From NCBI GenBank assembly GCA_963745175.1, contig CAVUWK010000006.1, forward strand, positions 143,513-207,512: a stretch of DNA of 64,000 nt, read 5' to 3'. Positions 20,233-29,275 of this stretch are shown piece by piece. Below the pieces are notes generated by a model that did not search any database, was not told where the DNA came from, and saw only the letters and a program-made list of their open reading frames with translations. Every line of letters starts with the position of its first letter. Positions within the stretch are counted from its first letter, which is position 1. The DNA comes from an uncultured Acidimicrobiaceae bacterium (GTDB taxonomy: Bacteria > Actinomycetota > Acidimicrobiia > Acidimicrobiales > RAAP-2). The position numbers were made by a program, and so were the translations under genes.

Positions 20233-21283
20233 TTGGCCGAAATGGGCGAGGCGCACGACACCTGGCAACATGCCGTCAAGAACAGGCTGAGGCCGCTGCG
20301 CGATCGTCTCGTGCGCGGGTTGGGCGGCGCCATGCCGGCGCCGCCGCCGCGGGGCATCACCTACGACCAATTGGTCGACCTGCTCTACCCGACGCTGCCA
20401 CACGAGCTCCGGCCTGACGTCGACGAGGCGGCCGCCGGCGACCTGGCGCGGGTCTCGACCATCCGCAGGATGCTCGGGACGATCGAACACCAGGTCGCGC
20501 CGACCGCATTCTCGGTGCAGCTGGCAGAGGGGGACGCCGTGCGCTGCAGTGTCGGCGGCGTGGAACTGTTCTGCGACGCCGCCGACGCCGCGGTCACGCC
20601 GGGGCTGCTGTCGGGCCGGTACGAGTCGCACCTCACCGCCGTGTTCGAGCGGTACTGCACCGCCGGGATGACGGTGATCGACGTCGGCGCCAACCTCGGG
20701 CTACTACTCGCTGCTGGCCTCCCGACTGGTGGGACCGTCGGGCCGGGTGATCGCGCTCGAGCCGAACTCCGAGAATTGCCGCCTCCTCTTGTCCTCCCTG
20801 CGCCTGAACGGAACCACCAACGTCCAGCTGTTGCCCGTGGCGGCCGACACGGCCACCGGATGGGCCTACTACTCGACGCATGTCGGCTCCAACGGGGGCC
20901 TGATCGGGGATGGCGATCTCTTGTCCCACCCGGGCAACGTCGTCCCGACTTTCCGCCTGGACGACCTCGTGGACGGTCCGGTCGGGTTCCTGAAGATGGA
21001 CGTCGAGGGAGCGGAAGGTCGGGTGGTGCGCGGCGCCACGCAGATCATCGAGCGCGACCGACCGATCGTCACGACGGAGCTCAAGGACGAGATGCTGCGT
21101 CGCGTGTCGGGCACCACGGTGGCGGACTACCTCGGGTACTTCGAGAAGCTGGGCTACACGCTGTCGGTCCTGGAGAAGGCATCCGGCGCGGAGAAGCCGT
21201 ATCCGTCGGTGGCAGAGCTCCTGGCCGACTGGGGTGAAACGGACGAGTTGCGCGACGTCCTCCTGCTCCCGGGTCCGACCTGA
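20233..21283 (+). pseudogene. FkbM-family methyltransferase, frameshifted
   Basis: ...GMTVIDVGANLG is in frame 1. YYSLLASRLVGPSGRVIALEPNSENCRLL...FLKMDVEGAEGRVVRGA is in frame 2 (ORF 20729..21283). There is an extra G in the run at about 20698-20700. Confidence 0.75.
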
Positions 21284-21399
21284 GTCAGGCCGCATACTGG
21301 TTCGGTGCAGATCCGGATCGAGGGACACGATCTTCCGGGAGCGACATGCGGTCCCACATCGAGTGGTCGGCCGGAACCTGAGGCAGGCGGTCGGTTCCT

Positions 21400-21972
21400 C
21401 TACCCGGCCGAGACCTGATCCTGGGTCGAGCCCACGAGCGCGTCGAGCAGCTGGTCGACATCGTCGGAGATGATCAGCGCTTCGACCTGGCGGGCCCGTA
21501 TGAAGCCCTGCGTGACGGCGTGGCGCACGAATTCGAACAGCTCGTCGAAGAAGGCGTCGACATCGAGGATGCCGCAAGGTTTGTCGTGGATGCCGAGCTG
21601 CGCCCAGGTGACGGACTCCATGAACTCCTCGCAGGTGCCGAAGCCGCCCGGCAGCATGACGAACGCATCCGACAGTTCTGACATGAGCGCCTTGCGCTCG
21701 TGCATCGTGGTGACGACGTGCAGGTCGCTGAGCGTGCCGTGCGCGATCTCGTGACCGGCCAGGGACTCGGTGATCACGCCGGTGACACGTCCGCCGGCCG
21801 CCATGGCGGCGTCTGCCACGACACCCATCAGGCCCACCGACGCGCCGCCGTAGACGAGCTCGATGCCCCGCTCGGCCACTCCCCTGCCGAAGCGCTCGGC
21901 CGCCGCCGTGAAGGCTGGGTCGTTCCCGGGACTCGAACCGCAGAACACGCAGACCGTGTCCACGGGGGTCAC
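21400..21972 (-). CDS. LOG family protein (TIGR00730; cytokinin riboside 5'-monophosphate phosphoribohydrolase-like)
   Basis: VCVFCGSSPGNDP...ELVYGGASVGLMG...MHERKALM...LPGGFGTCEEF (PGGxGTxxE motif). GTG 21972 overlaps the MFS stop (GTGA). Confidence 0.85.
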   Translation of the reverse strand: MTPVDTVCVFCGSSPGNDPAFTAAAERFGRGVAERGIELVYGGASVGLMGVVADAAMAAGGRVTGVITESLAGHEIAHGTLSDLHVVTTMHERKALMSELSDAFVMLPGGFGTCEEFMESVTWAQLGIHDKPCGILDVDAFFDELFEFVRHAVTQGFIRARQVEALIISDDVDQLLDALVGSTQDQVSAG

Positions 21973-23441
21973 GCCGGGCTGCCCTCGGGGACAGGGATCT
22001 CCGCACGCCGTACCGGAGCGGGCTGGCGCCGCACGCGCCGCACGATGGTCTCGGCCGCGTCGCTGTCGTGGATGGTGAGGGCGAAGGCCGCGGCGACCAG
22101 AGCGAAGATCGCCGCCGTGAAGAAGGCGAAGTGGTACGCCGTCATGTCGGGCGCCGACCCGCTGCCGCTGGCCTGGGTCGAGCCCACGCCGATCAGCACG
22201 GTCGAGAGGATGGCCACCCCCGTCGCGCTGCCGACCTGCCGCATGGTGTTGAAGAAGGTCGACGCCCGGCCCATCGATTCGGGCGTGATCATGGCGAACG
22301 ACGCCGCCTGGTTCGGCACCATCACCTGCGCCATCATCCAGCCCAACACGAACATCAAGCCGCGGATGAGCCACAGGTTGGTCGTCACGGTGATCTGGGT
22401 CAGCGCCAGCATGCAGACCACGAGCCCGAGCAGCCCGCCCGTGATGTGCCGCCGGGGTCCGATGCGGGGGTAGAGGAAGCGGCTGGCGAACTGGGCGCCG
22501 AGCATCACGCCGATGGCCTCGGGGAAGGTGGAGAGCCCCGACTGCAGGGCGGAGAGGCCGCGGGCGTCCTGGAAGTAGAGCGGGACCAGGTAGAGCATGC
22601 CCAGGAACGCCGCCGCGGCCAGGAACATCACGAAGTTGGTCGAGCGGAAGAGCCGGCCTCGCAGCAGGTGGAGGTCCACCATCGGCCTACGGGTCCGCAG
22701 CTCCACCAGGACGAACACGAGGAGGAGCACGGTTCCGACCACGCAGGAGGCGATGACCGCGGTGGACGACCACGACTGGAGCGGGCCTTCGGAGATGCCG
22801 TACATCAACAGTCCGAGCCCGGCGCCGCCCAGCACGAAGCCGGGCACGTCGAACCGGCCGGCGTCGATGGCCCCCGTGCGCTCCAAGAAGAGCGAGCCGA
22901 AGATGACCGCCGCGATGCCGATCGGCAGGTTGACGAAGAACACCCAGCGCCAGGAGAAGTTGGTGACGAGGAAGCCGCCGAGCACGGGTCCGACGGCGGG
23001 CGCCATGGTGGTCCCGAGGGTGATGAGGCTGGCCGCCCGAATCCGCTCGGCCGGCGGGAAGACCCGGTAGAGCATGGCCATCCCGACCGGTGCCATCATC
23101 CCGCCGCCCGCACCCTGGACGACCCGGAACAGCACGAGCTCGGTCATGTTCTGGGCCAGTCCGCACAGCGCCGAGCCAACCGTGAAGACGACGATGGCGA
23201 TGAGCAGCACCCGCTTGCCGCCGAAGCGGTCGCCCAACCAACCCGAGGCCGGGATGAAGACGGCCAGGCTCACCAGATACGCGATCACGATCCCGTCGAC
23301 AGCAGTGGGCGGAATGTTGAAGTCGCGGCCGATCGTCGGCAGCGCAACATTCACGATCGTGATGTCCATGATGTTCATGAACATCGCCGACACGAACACG
23401 ATGCCGACGGCGATCTTTTGGTTCATGCGAACTACGGCCAC
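21969..23441 (-). CDS. MFS transporter, DHA2 (EmrB/QacA) family, 14-TM type
   Basis: 490 aa: ...MDITIVNVALPTIGRDF...GWLGDRFGGKRVLL...VVQGAGGGMMAP. GTG 23441 or ATG 23426. Confidence 0.9.
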   Translation of the reverse strand: MAVVRMNQKIAVGIVFVSAMFMNIMDITIVNVALPTIGRDFNIPPTAVDGIVIAYLVSLAVFIPASGWLGDRFGGKRVLLIAIVVFTVGSALCGLAQNMTELVLFRVVQGAGGGMMAPVGMAMLYRVFPPAERIRAASLITLGTTMAPAVGPVLGGFLVTNFSWRWVFFVNLPIGIAAVIFGSLFLERTGAIDAGRFDVPGFVLGGAGLGLLMYGISEGPLQSWSSTAVIASCVVGTVLLLVFVLVELRTRRPMVDLHLLRGRLFRSTNFVMFLAAAAFLGMLYLVPLYFQDARGLSALQSGLSTFPEAIGVMLGAQFASRFLYPRIGPRRHITGGLLGLVVCMLALTQITVTTNLWLIRGLMFVLGWMMAQVMVPNQAASFAMITPESMGRASTFFNTMRQVGSATGVAILSTVLIGVGSTQASGSGSAPDMTAYHFAFFTAAIFALVAAAFALTIHDSDAAETIVRRVRRQPAPVRRAEIPVPEGSPA

Positions 23442-23601
23442 GTTCTCTTTCGGTTCTCAGGCGTGCGGGCGAAGGTGGTCACGGCGGGTCAGCACCGTCC
23501 AGCTGCGCCCATGACCCTATGCGCTCCGATGTACGGGACCGGTTCGGCTGCCCGGATGCCCATCGGGGTCGATCGCGGGCTTCTAGGCTGATCGAGCGAA
23601 T

Positions 23602-24790
23602 GTGGCGAACGTCGAGGTGAACCCGAGGGACAGGGACACGGTCGCCGTGGGGACGCGCGCCGCACGCAGGATCGGGGCTGCATCCCTTGCCGGTGCAGTG
23701 ACCGCGGGCGTGCTGACCTTGTTCGTGCCGGCCGCGGGTGCGGCCAACCGCCCCCTTGAATCGAGCACGGTCTGGCTCTGCCGCCCGAACCAGGCGGCGG
23801 ATCCGTGCACGAACAGCCGGGCCGCTACCACGGTCACCAGCAATGGCACGACCAGCCCCTCCCTCGCCCCGCCCTCGCCCCAGGCGCGTCGCTTCGACTG
23901 CTTCTACGTGTACCCGACCGTGTCGGCCGAGGCGAGCGAGAACGCCGATCTCACCGTGCAACCGGCCGAGAGGGCAGCGGCGATCGTCCAGGCCTCCCGA
24001 TTCTCCCAGCGCTGCACCGTGTGGGCGCCGATGTACCGCCAGGTGACGTTGGCGGGGCTGAATCGTCTCACCGCGCTCCGGGCAGCTGCCATCACCGCGT
24101 ACGCCAGCCTGCTGGCCGCATGGAAGGACTATCTCGCCCACGACAACCACGGCCGGCCGATCATCTTCATCGGGCATTCGCAGGGCGCATCCATGCTCAT
24201 CAGGCTGTTGCAGACCCAGATCGATCCGTCGCCGAGGCTTCGCAAGCGCATGGTGTCGGCCATCCTCTTGGGAGGCAATGTGCAGGTCCCCACCGGCCGG
24301 GGCGTCGGTGGCACCTTCCGGAACATCCCCACCTGCGGTTCGGCCAGCCAGACCGGCTGCGTCATCGCCTATTCGACCTTCGGTTCGACGCCGCCCGCCA
24401 ACTCCCTCTTCGGGCGTGCCGGACGTGGGGTGAGCCTGCTGTCGGGCCAGACCGCCTCCGGGTCGCAACAGGTGGCATGCGTCAATCCGGCGACGTTCTC
24501 GGCCCGGGTTGGCAACCTGCAGCCCTTCTTTCGCACCGCCACCGCACAGCCGTCCGGGGTCCGGGTGGTGACACCCTGGGTGACCTTCCCGGGCCTCTAC
24601 ACCGCGCAATGCGAGCAGAGCGCGGGAGCATCGTGGTTGCAGGTGACGGCCACCCCGGCCCCCGGTGACCCACGTCCGACCGTCTCGGCCACCCTCGGCC
24701 CCCTGTGGGGGTATCACCTGGACGACGTCAACCTGGCCCTGGGCAACCTCGTGACCGATGTCGGCCGCGAAGGAGGCCGCCTACCGCTGA
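23602..24790 (+). CDS. DUF3089-like secreted alpha/beta-hydrolase-fold protein, C-terminal frameshift
   Basis: Signal-like N-terminus, CFYVYPTV, WAPMYRQV, IFIGHSQGASML. After ...LVTDVGRE the short end EAAYR-stop (TGA 24788-24790) is one base out of frame, from an extra G near 24771-24776. The nominal ORF runs on to 26016 through parA. Confidence 0.65.
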
Positions 24791-24838
24791 GCCGTGCGCC
24801 TCGGAAAGATCCCTGGGAAACGCGATCGGCGTCGGTCC

Positions 24839-24844
24839 TAGACT
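24839..24844 (+). promoter_or_regulatory. candidate -10 hexamer positioned for a leaderless parA-like transcript
   Basis: TAGACT (TANNNT) ends 6 nt before ATG 24851. No Shine-Dalgarno lies between them. Confidence 0.25.
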
Positions 24845-24850
24845 CCTGCG

Positions 24851-25624
24851 ATGGTCAAGGTCATCGCGGTCGCCAATCAGAAGGGCGGCGTGGCCAAGAC
24901 GACGACCGTGCAGTCCCTCGGCGTGGCCATGGCACAACAGGGGCGCCGCGTGCTCGTGGTGGATCTCGATCCGCAAGCGTGTCTCACCTACTCGCTCGGC
25001 TTCGATCCCGACGGACTCGACTCGTCACTACACGACGTACTCGTCCGCCGGGCCCGGCTGTCCGAGGTCGTCAAGAACGTGCCCGACGTGCCGGACCTCT
25101 TTCTGGTGCCGGCGACCATCGACCTGGCCGGCGCCGAGGTACACCTGTTGAGCCGGACCGGCAGGGAGCACGTCCTGGCCCAGGCTCTGCTCCCGGTGCT
25201 CGACGACTATCACGCGGTGCTGATCGACTGCCCGCCCTCGCTCGGCGTGCTGACCATCAACGGCCTCACCGCGGCCGAGGCCGTCATCGTGCCGCTGCAG
25301 TGCGAAGCGCTCAGCAACCGTGGCGTGGGACAGCTGCTCGAGACGATCGAGGACGTCCGGCAGTTCGCCAACGAGAAGCTGCGGGTGCTCGGCGTGATTC
25401 CGACGATGTTCGACGCGCGCACGACCCATTCCCGCCAGGTCCTCTCAGAGGTCGAGGAGCGCTACGGGCTGCCGTTGTTCGGGCCACCCGTTCCGAAGTC
25501 GGTGCGCTTCGCGGAGGCGCCGGGACTCGGGCAGTCGGTGCTGCAGCACGCGCCGACATCGCCCGGCGCGGTGGCCTACCGGACGCTCTCGACGCGCGTC
25601 TACGACGCGATGCAGACCGCCTGA
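24851..25624 (+). CDS. ParA/Soj-family P-loop ATPase (orphan; no ParB seen)
   Basis: MVKVIAVANQKGGVAKTTT (deviant Walker A) ...VLVVDLDPQ...VLIDCPPSLG. Confidence 0.9.
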   Translation: MVKVIAVANQKGGVAKTTTVQSLGVAMAQQGRRVLVVDLDPQACLTYSLGFDPDGLDSSLHDVLVRRARLSEVVKNVPDVPDLFLVPATIDLAGAEVHLLSRTGREHVLAQALLPVLDDYHAVLIDCPPSLGVLTINGLTAAEAVIVPLQCEALSNRGVGQLLETIEDVRQFANEKLRVLGVIPTMFDARTTHSRQVLSEVEERYGLPLFGPPVPKSVRFAEAPGLGQSVLQHAPTSPGAVAYRTLSTRVYDAMQTA

Positions 25625-25629
25625 GCGAC

Positions 25630-26016
25630 GTGGCCGCCTCGCGGAGCGACCGGGCGCCCGATCCCCTGGGCAAGCGTGCATTGTTCTGGGTGCCGTCGCC
25701 GCGGCGAGTCGGGATCCGTCGAAGGGCGGGCTCAAGCCGTGGCGCTACCCGTCGGCAAGCGCGCCCTCTACTCGGGCGCCCGGCCCGAACCGGACAGCCT
25801 GGCGACGACATCGGGCAACCCCCTCGACGAGCGGGGCACTTTCACCGTCGAGTGCGCAGCGCTGCCGGCAGACCTCGCACATCGGCGTGCTCGACCTGCT
25901 CATCTTCCAGTTCCCGCTCGGGGTCTGGCTGCCCCGCGGGCCGATTCGACCACCGCATGACCTGCCCTTCGTGCCGCAAACGGGCCTGGTGCAGCGTCAC
26001 GCTCCGCCGGACCTGA
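25630..26016 (+). pseudogene. small Cys-rich (zinc-ribbon-like) protein with a hydrophobic segment, pieces in all three frames
   Basis: Frame 1: VAASRSDRAPDPLGKRALFW. Frame 2: LPVGKRALYSGARPEPDSLATTSGNPLDERGTFTVEC. Frame 0: CRQTSHIGVLDLLIFQFPLGVWLPRG. Frame 1 again: RFDHRMTCPSCRKRAWCSVTLRRT-stop. The reconstruction is tentative, and an antisense ORF competes for the 3' part. Confidence 0.35.
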
Positions 26017-26050
26017 ACGTCCTCTTCGGCAGGGCCATCGCGGCCTTCTT

Positions 26051-27700
26051 TCATGCCGCATCCGGGTCGAGCTCTGCCGCCTCCGCCTCCTCGTCGCCGG
26101 GCTGGACCGTAGGGAGCCGGCGGGTGAGCGCCAGCGCCACGAGGGTGATGAGTGCCAGGACGGCCAATGCGGCCCGCAGCCCGTTGATCCGGCTCTGTGC
26201 GTTCACGTCGACGATGGCGTGCGCCGCGTCCGGCGGGACGTCAGCCTTCTCGAGAGCGGCGTTGAGGTCGGCGTCGCTCACGAAGGGGATGCCTGCGGAG
26301 AGCTCCACCTGGGCCTGCGAGGACATCGCCTTCGGAATGGCGGGGTTGGAGGCGACCGATCCGAGGAACGTCGTGGTGAGCACCGCGATGAGGATGGCGC
26401 CCGACAGCGCGGTGCCGATGGACGCGCCGAGGTTCGTGACGGTGTTCTGCACGCCGCCCACCTCGCCGCTCTGGGAGTCGGGCACGGCCGAAACCGTCAC
26501 GCTGCCCAGCTGCGAAGCCAGGGTGCCGATGCCGAGTCCGGCGAGCAGCAGCGGACCGGTCACGATCTCGGCACCCGCCCCCGAGTCGAGTGCGGCGAGC
26601 AGGGCGACGATGCCGAGGAACAACAGGGCGAACCCGACGCGGACGATCCGGCGCGGGGACGTCCGCGGAAAGACCCGGGGCACGCCGACGGCGCTGGCCA
26701 GGAGCGTGATCGAGAGGGGGAGGAGGCGCACCCCCGTGGCGACGGCGGAGAGCCCGAGGGCGACCGAGAGGAAGAGGGGGATCACGAAGAACAGACCCGC
26801 CTGGAGCAGGAATTGGAAGAAGAACGACGTGAGGCCGGCCTGGAGCCGGGGGACCCGGAGCATGTGGGGGTCGACCAGGGCGGACTGGTGGCGCCGGAGC
26901 CGTCGGCTCTCCCACAGGACGAACAGCGTAAGCACGGCACCGCCCCCGAGGAGCAGCCAGACGACGGGGGACGTGCCGAGCCATTGGGGCGCCTCGGGCT
27001 TCGGTTGCACGAAGCCCCAGGTGCCCGAGCGGATCACGCCGTAGACGATCATGCCGAGCCCGGCGGCCGACAGCAGCGTCCCGACCGGGTCGAGGCGGAC
27101 GCCAGGCACCGCGGGCGAGTCGGCCATGCGCCTCGTGAGAAGCAGGATGACGAGCACCAGGATGACCTCGCCGACGAACACCCAACGCCAGCTGGCGTAG
27201 GTGGTGAGGAGACCGCCGATAAGGGGCCCCACGGCGACGGCAACGGCGCCCGCTGACGCCACGAGGCCGTACGCCCGAGGTCGCTCGGTGCGACCGAAGT
27301 TCGTCGCCACCAGCGCCACCACTGCCGGCATGATCAGTGCGGCACCGAGCCCTTCCAGGACGGACCAGCCGACGATGAGCACGGGGAGTGATGTGGCGAG
27401 CGCGGTGACGAGCGAGCCGCACCCGTACACGATGCAGCCGATCATGAAGGCGCGCTTGCGCCCCAGGATCTGCCCGACCTTGCCACCGGTGATCATGAAG
27501 GCAGCCATGACGAGCGTGTAGAGCGTGATGGCGAGCTGAATCCCCGTGACCGTGGTTCCGACGTCCTTGGCCACCGTGGCGATCGAGACGTTCATGACCG
27601 AGCTGTCCAAGGTCATGAGGAACTGCGCCGAGGCCAACGTGAGCAGGACGACCTGCCCACCCGCAGCCCGGTTCGGTCCGGCCCGCGCGGTGTCGGTCAC
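26051..27700 (-). CDS. MFS transporter, DHA2 family (second copy)
   Basis: VTDTARAGPNRAAGGQVVLLTLASAQFLMTLDSSVMNVSIATVAKDV...GGKVGQILGRKRAF...VLEGLGAALIMP. It is intact over about 550 aa. Start GTG 27700 (or 27718/27721). Confidence 0.88.
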   Translation of the reverse strand: MTDTARAGPNRAAGGQVVLLTLASAQFLMTLDSSVMNVSIATVAKDVGTTVTGIQLAITLYTLVMAAFMITGGKVGQILGRKRAFMIGCIVYGCGSLVTALATSLPVLIVGWSVLEGLGAALIMPAVVALVATNFGRTERPRAYGLVASAGAVAVAVGPLIGGLLTTYASWRWVFVGEVILVLVILLLTRRMADSPAVPGVRLDPVGTLLSAAGLGMIVYGVIRSGTWGFVQPKPEAPQWLGTSPVVWLLLGGGAVLTLFVLWESRRLRRHQSALVDPHMLRVPRLQAGLTSFFFQFLLQAGLFFVIPLFLSVALGLSAVATGVRLLPLSITLLASAVGVPRVFPRTSPRRIVRVGFALLFLGIVALLAALDSGAGAEIVTGPLLLAGLGIGTLASQLGSVTVSAVPDSQSGEVGGVQNTVTNLGASIGTALSGAILIAVLTTTFLGSVASNPAIPKAMSSQAQVELSAGIPFVSDADLNAALEKADVPPDAAHAIVDVNAQSRINGLRAALAVLALITLVALALTRRLPTVQPGDEEAEAAELDPDAA

Positions 27701-27779
27701 GGCCGCATTGTTGCCCACCACGACGGCGCCCGAGTGATTGGCGGGCGGCAAGGGCGCGTTGCACCCTGTGCAGCGCGGG

Positions 27780-27856
27780 TGGTCGGGATGCGGGGATTTG
27801 AACCCCGGACCTCCTGCTCCCAAAGCAGGCGCGCTGCCAAGCTGCGCTACATCCCG
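27780..27856 (-). tRNA. tRNA-Pro (anticodon TGG)
   Basis: Reverse complement: CGGGATG TA GCGC AGCTTGGCA GCGC G CCTGC TTTGGGA GCAGG AGGTC CGGGG TTCAAAT CCCCG CATCCCG A CCA. Confidence 0.92.
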
Positions 27857-27944
27857 TGGATTTGCTCCACGAATGGTACTTGGGTGACCGGGCCGGGCGG
27901 CGCCTGACCTTCCACCCGGTCCAGGCTTACGGACAAACCAAAGC

Positions 27945-29231
27945 TCATTTGTCGACCACCAGCTCTCCGTCGGCGCCGACCGCGACGTGAATGGGCGTGA
28001 GACCGCGCGGGGCCGGAGGATTCGACCACGGCGCCCGTGCTGGGGTCGAACTCCGAGCCGTGGCAGGGGCAGACGATCAACTTCGCTCCCGGTGAGTACC
28101 CGACCGTGCAGCCGGCGTGGGGGCAGATTGCGTCGTACGCGACGAACGAGTCCTTGGTCAGCTGGAGCACGAGGCCGGGGTCGCCGGTGGCCGGATCCTT
28201 GAACGTCGCGGCGCCGCCGACGGGCACCTGGCTGGCCAGGCCGATCGGCGTGCCGGTCGCCGGGGGGATGGTCGTGGCGGCGCCGGCCGGCTCCGTGGTC
28301 GTCGACGTGCCGGCGCCCGCGCCCGGGTTGGTGGGTGAGAGGGCGGCCGTGCCATCTTCGCCGGGGCTCTTCGCCCCTCCGACCGCCCGGCCCAGCCCGG
28401 CGGCCGCTGCCGCCACCACGCCGCCGATGACGGCCGACGCGGCCACCGCCGTCCCTCCGAGCACCAACGCCCGGCGGTCGACGGCATCGGGACCACGCTG
28501 GACGACGGGGATCCGCTCGTCGGCGAGGAACGGACAGCCCACGACGTCGCAACGCCGGCCCGCCTGGGCCGAGCAGGTGTCGTCCACGTAGTTGCCGCAG
28601 ACCTGTTGCACCCGGTCGAAACGGATGGGGACGACGGTGGTCGGTCCGGAGCGCGTTCTCGGTGGCGACCCGGGCCGCGATCACCCCGTCGAGCGAGAGC
28701 ACCCCGCCCGAAGCCGGCCAGGAGGAGCGGTATCCACGCGAACAGGAAGACGATGTCCGCCCCCGTGTAGTACGGCGACGAGTGGAAGCTCACCGTGAGG
28801 AAGAGCGTGAGGGAGAGCAGCATGCCGCCGGCTGCCGCCACCCGGGTCCACAACCCGAGCAGCGCCCCCATGCCGACCGCCAGCTCCGCCAGGGCGATCA
28901 GGATGCCGATCGGCACGGCAAAACGGAGCAGATGCCCCAGCAGCGGGTGGAGCGGGCTGATCCGGACGGACGCGATCATCTGGGCCTGGATGCTCGACGG
29001 GCTGTTGGCGTTGAAGAAGTTCGGATTGGCGAGCTTCTGCAGTCCCGCGAAGCAGAACGTGAAGCCGAGGAACGCCCGCAGGGGTAGCAACGCCCAGCCG
29101 GAGAGGGCGAAGGGCCGCGGTGGCGGCCCGTCGAATCGCGTTCTGCGCCGCCTGCGGGACCTTCCGCCGCGGCCGGCCGATGACTGGGCCGACCTCGTGG
29201 CCGGGGTGACGGGGCGCGACCGTTGTGACAT
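27945..29231 (-). pseudogene. DoxX-family membrane domain fused to a Cys4 linker, a twin-arginine-like hydrophobic helix and a Rieske [2Fe-2S] domain; three 1-nt frameshifts
   Basis: ATG 29231 follows AAAGGA. The DoxX-like region is LLPLRAFLGFTFCFAGLQKL...FAWIPLLLAGFGR, then (shift about 28703) VLSLDGVIAARVATENALRTD, then (shift about 28640) TVVPIRFDRVQQVCGNYVDDTCSAQAGRRCDVVGCPF...DRRALVLGGTAVAASAVIGG...CPHAGCTV-x12-CPCHGSEFD. After a shift near 28012 it ends PRGLTPIHVAVGADGELVVDK-stop (27945). No stop exists in any frame between the DoxX and Rieske parts, so they must be one gene. Confidence 0.65.
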
Positions 29232-29275
29232 GTGGATCCTTTCAGGGTCGAGCCGACGGCAGAAGACGGGCATGG

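Noticed and set aside
21373-21398. Possible bidirectional terminator hairpin (GGAACC ... GGTTCC) in the convergent FkbM/LOG gap
   Set aside because: It has only a 6-bp stem with a loop of about 14 nt and no U-tract. That is too weak to call.
25842-26054. 70-aa minus-strand ORF whose ATG overlaps the MFS stop codon (ATGA), suggesting a coupled small gene
   Set aside because: Not called. It shares wobble positions with the plus-strand frame encoding ...RFDHRMTCPSCRKRAWCSVTLRRT, which explains its openness. Its sequence has no recognisable motif. It remains an alternative explanation for this locus and is mentioned in the ParA finding.
28611-28611. GTG at 28611 as the independent start of a stand-alone Rieske protein
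   Set aside because: The upstream DoxX reading frames have no stop codon in any frame before 28158, so DoxX cannot terminate ahead of the Rieske region. The peptide upstream of the GTG (TVVPIRFDR) continues in frame from the DoxX tail after a single-base shift.
26051-28702. 883-aa ORF on the minus strand that looks like one giant protein
   Set aside because: It is a composite. The real MFS gene (26051-27700) is extended upstream by stop-free GC-rich sequence that runs straight through the tRNA-Pro gene (27780-27856) and through an out-of-frame reading of the Rieske/DoxX gene. The N-terminal 330 aa are Arg/Gly/Pro-rich shadow sequence.
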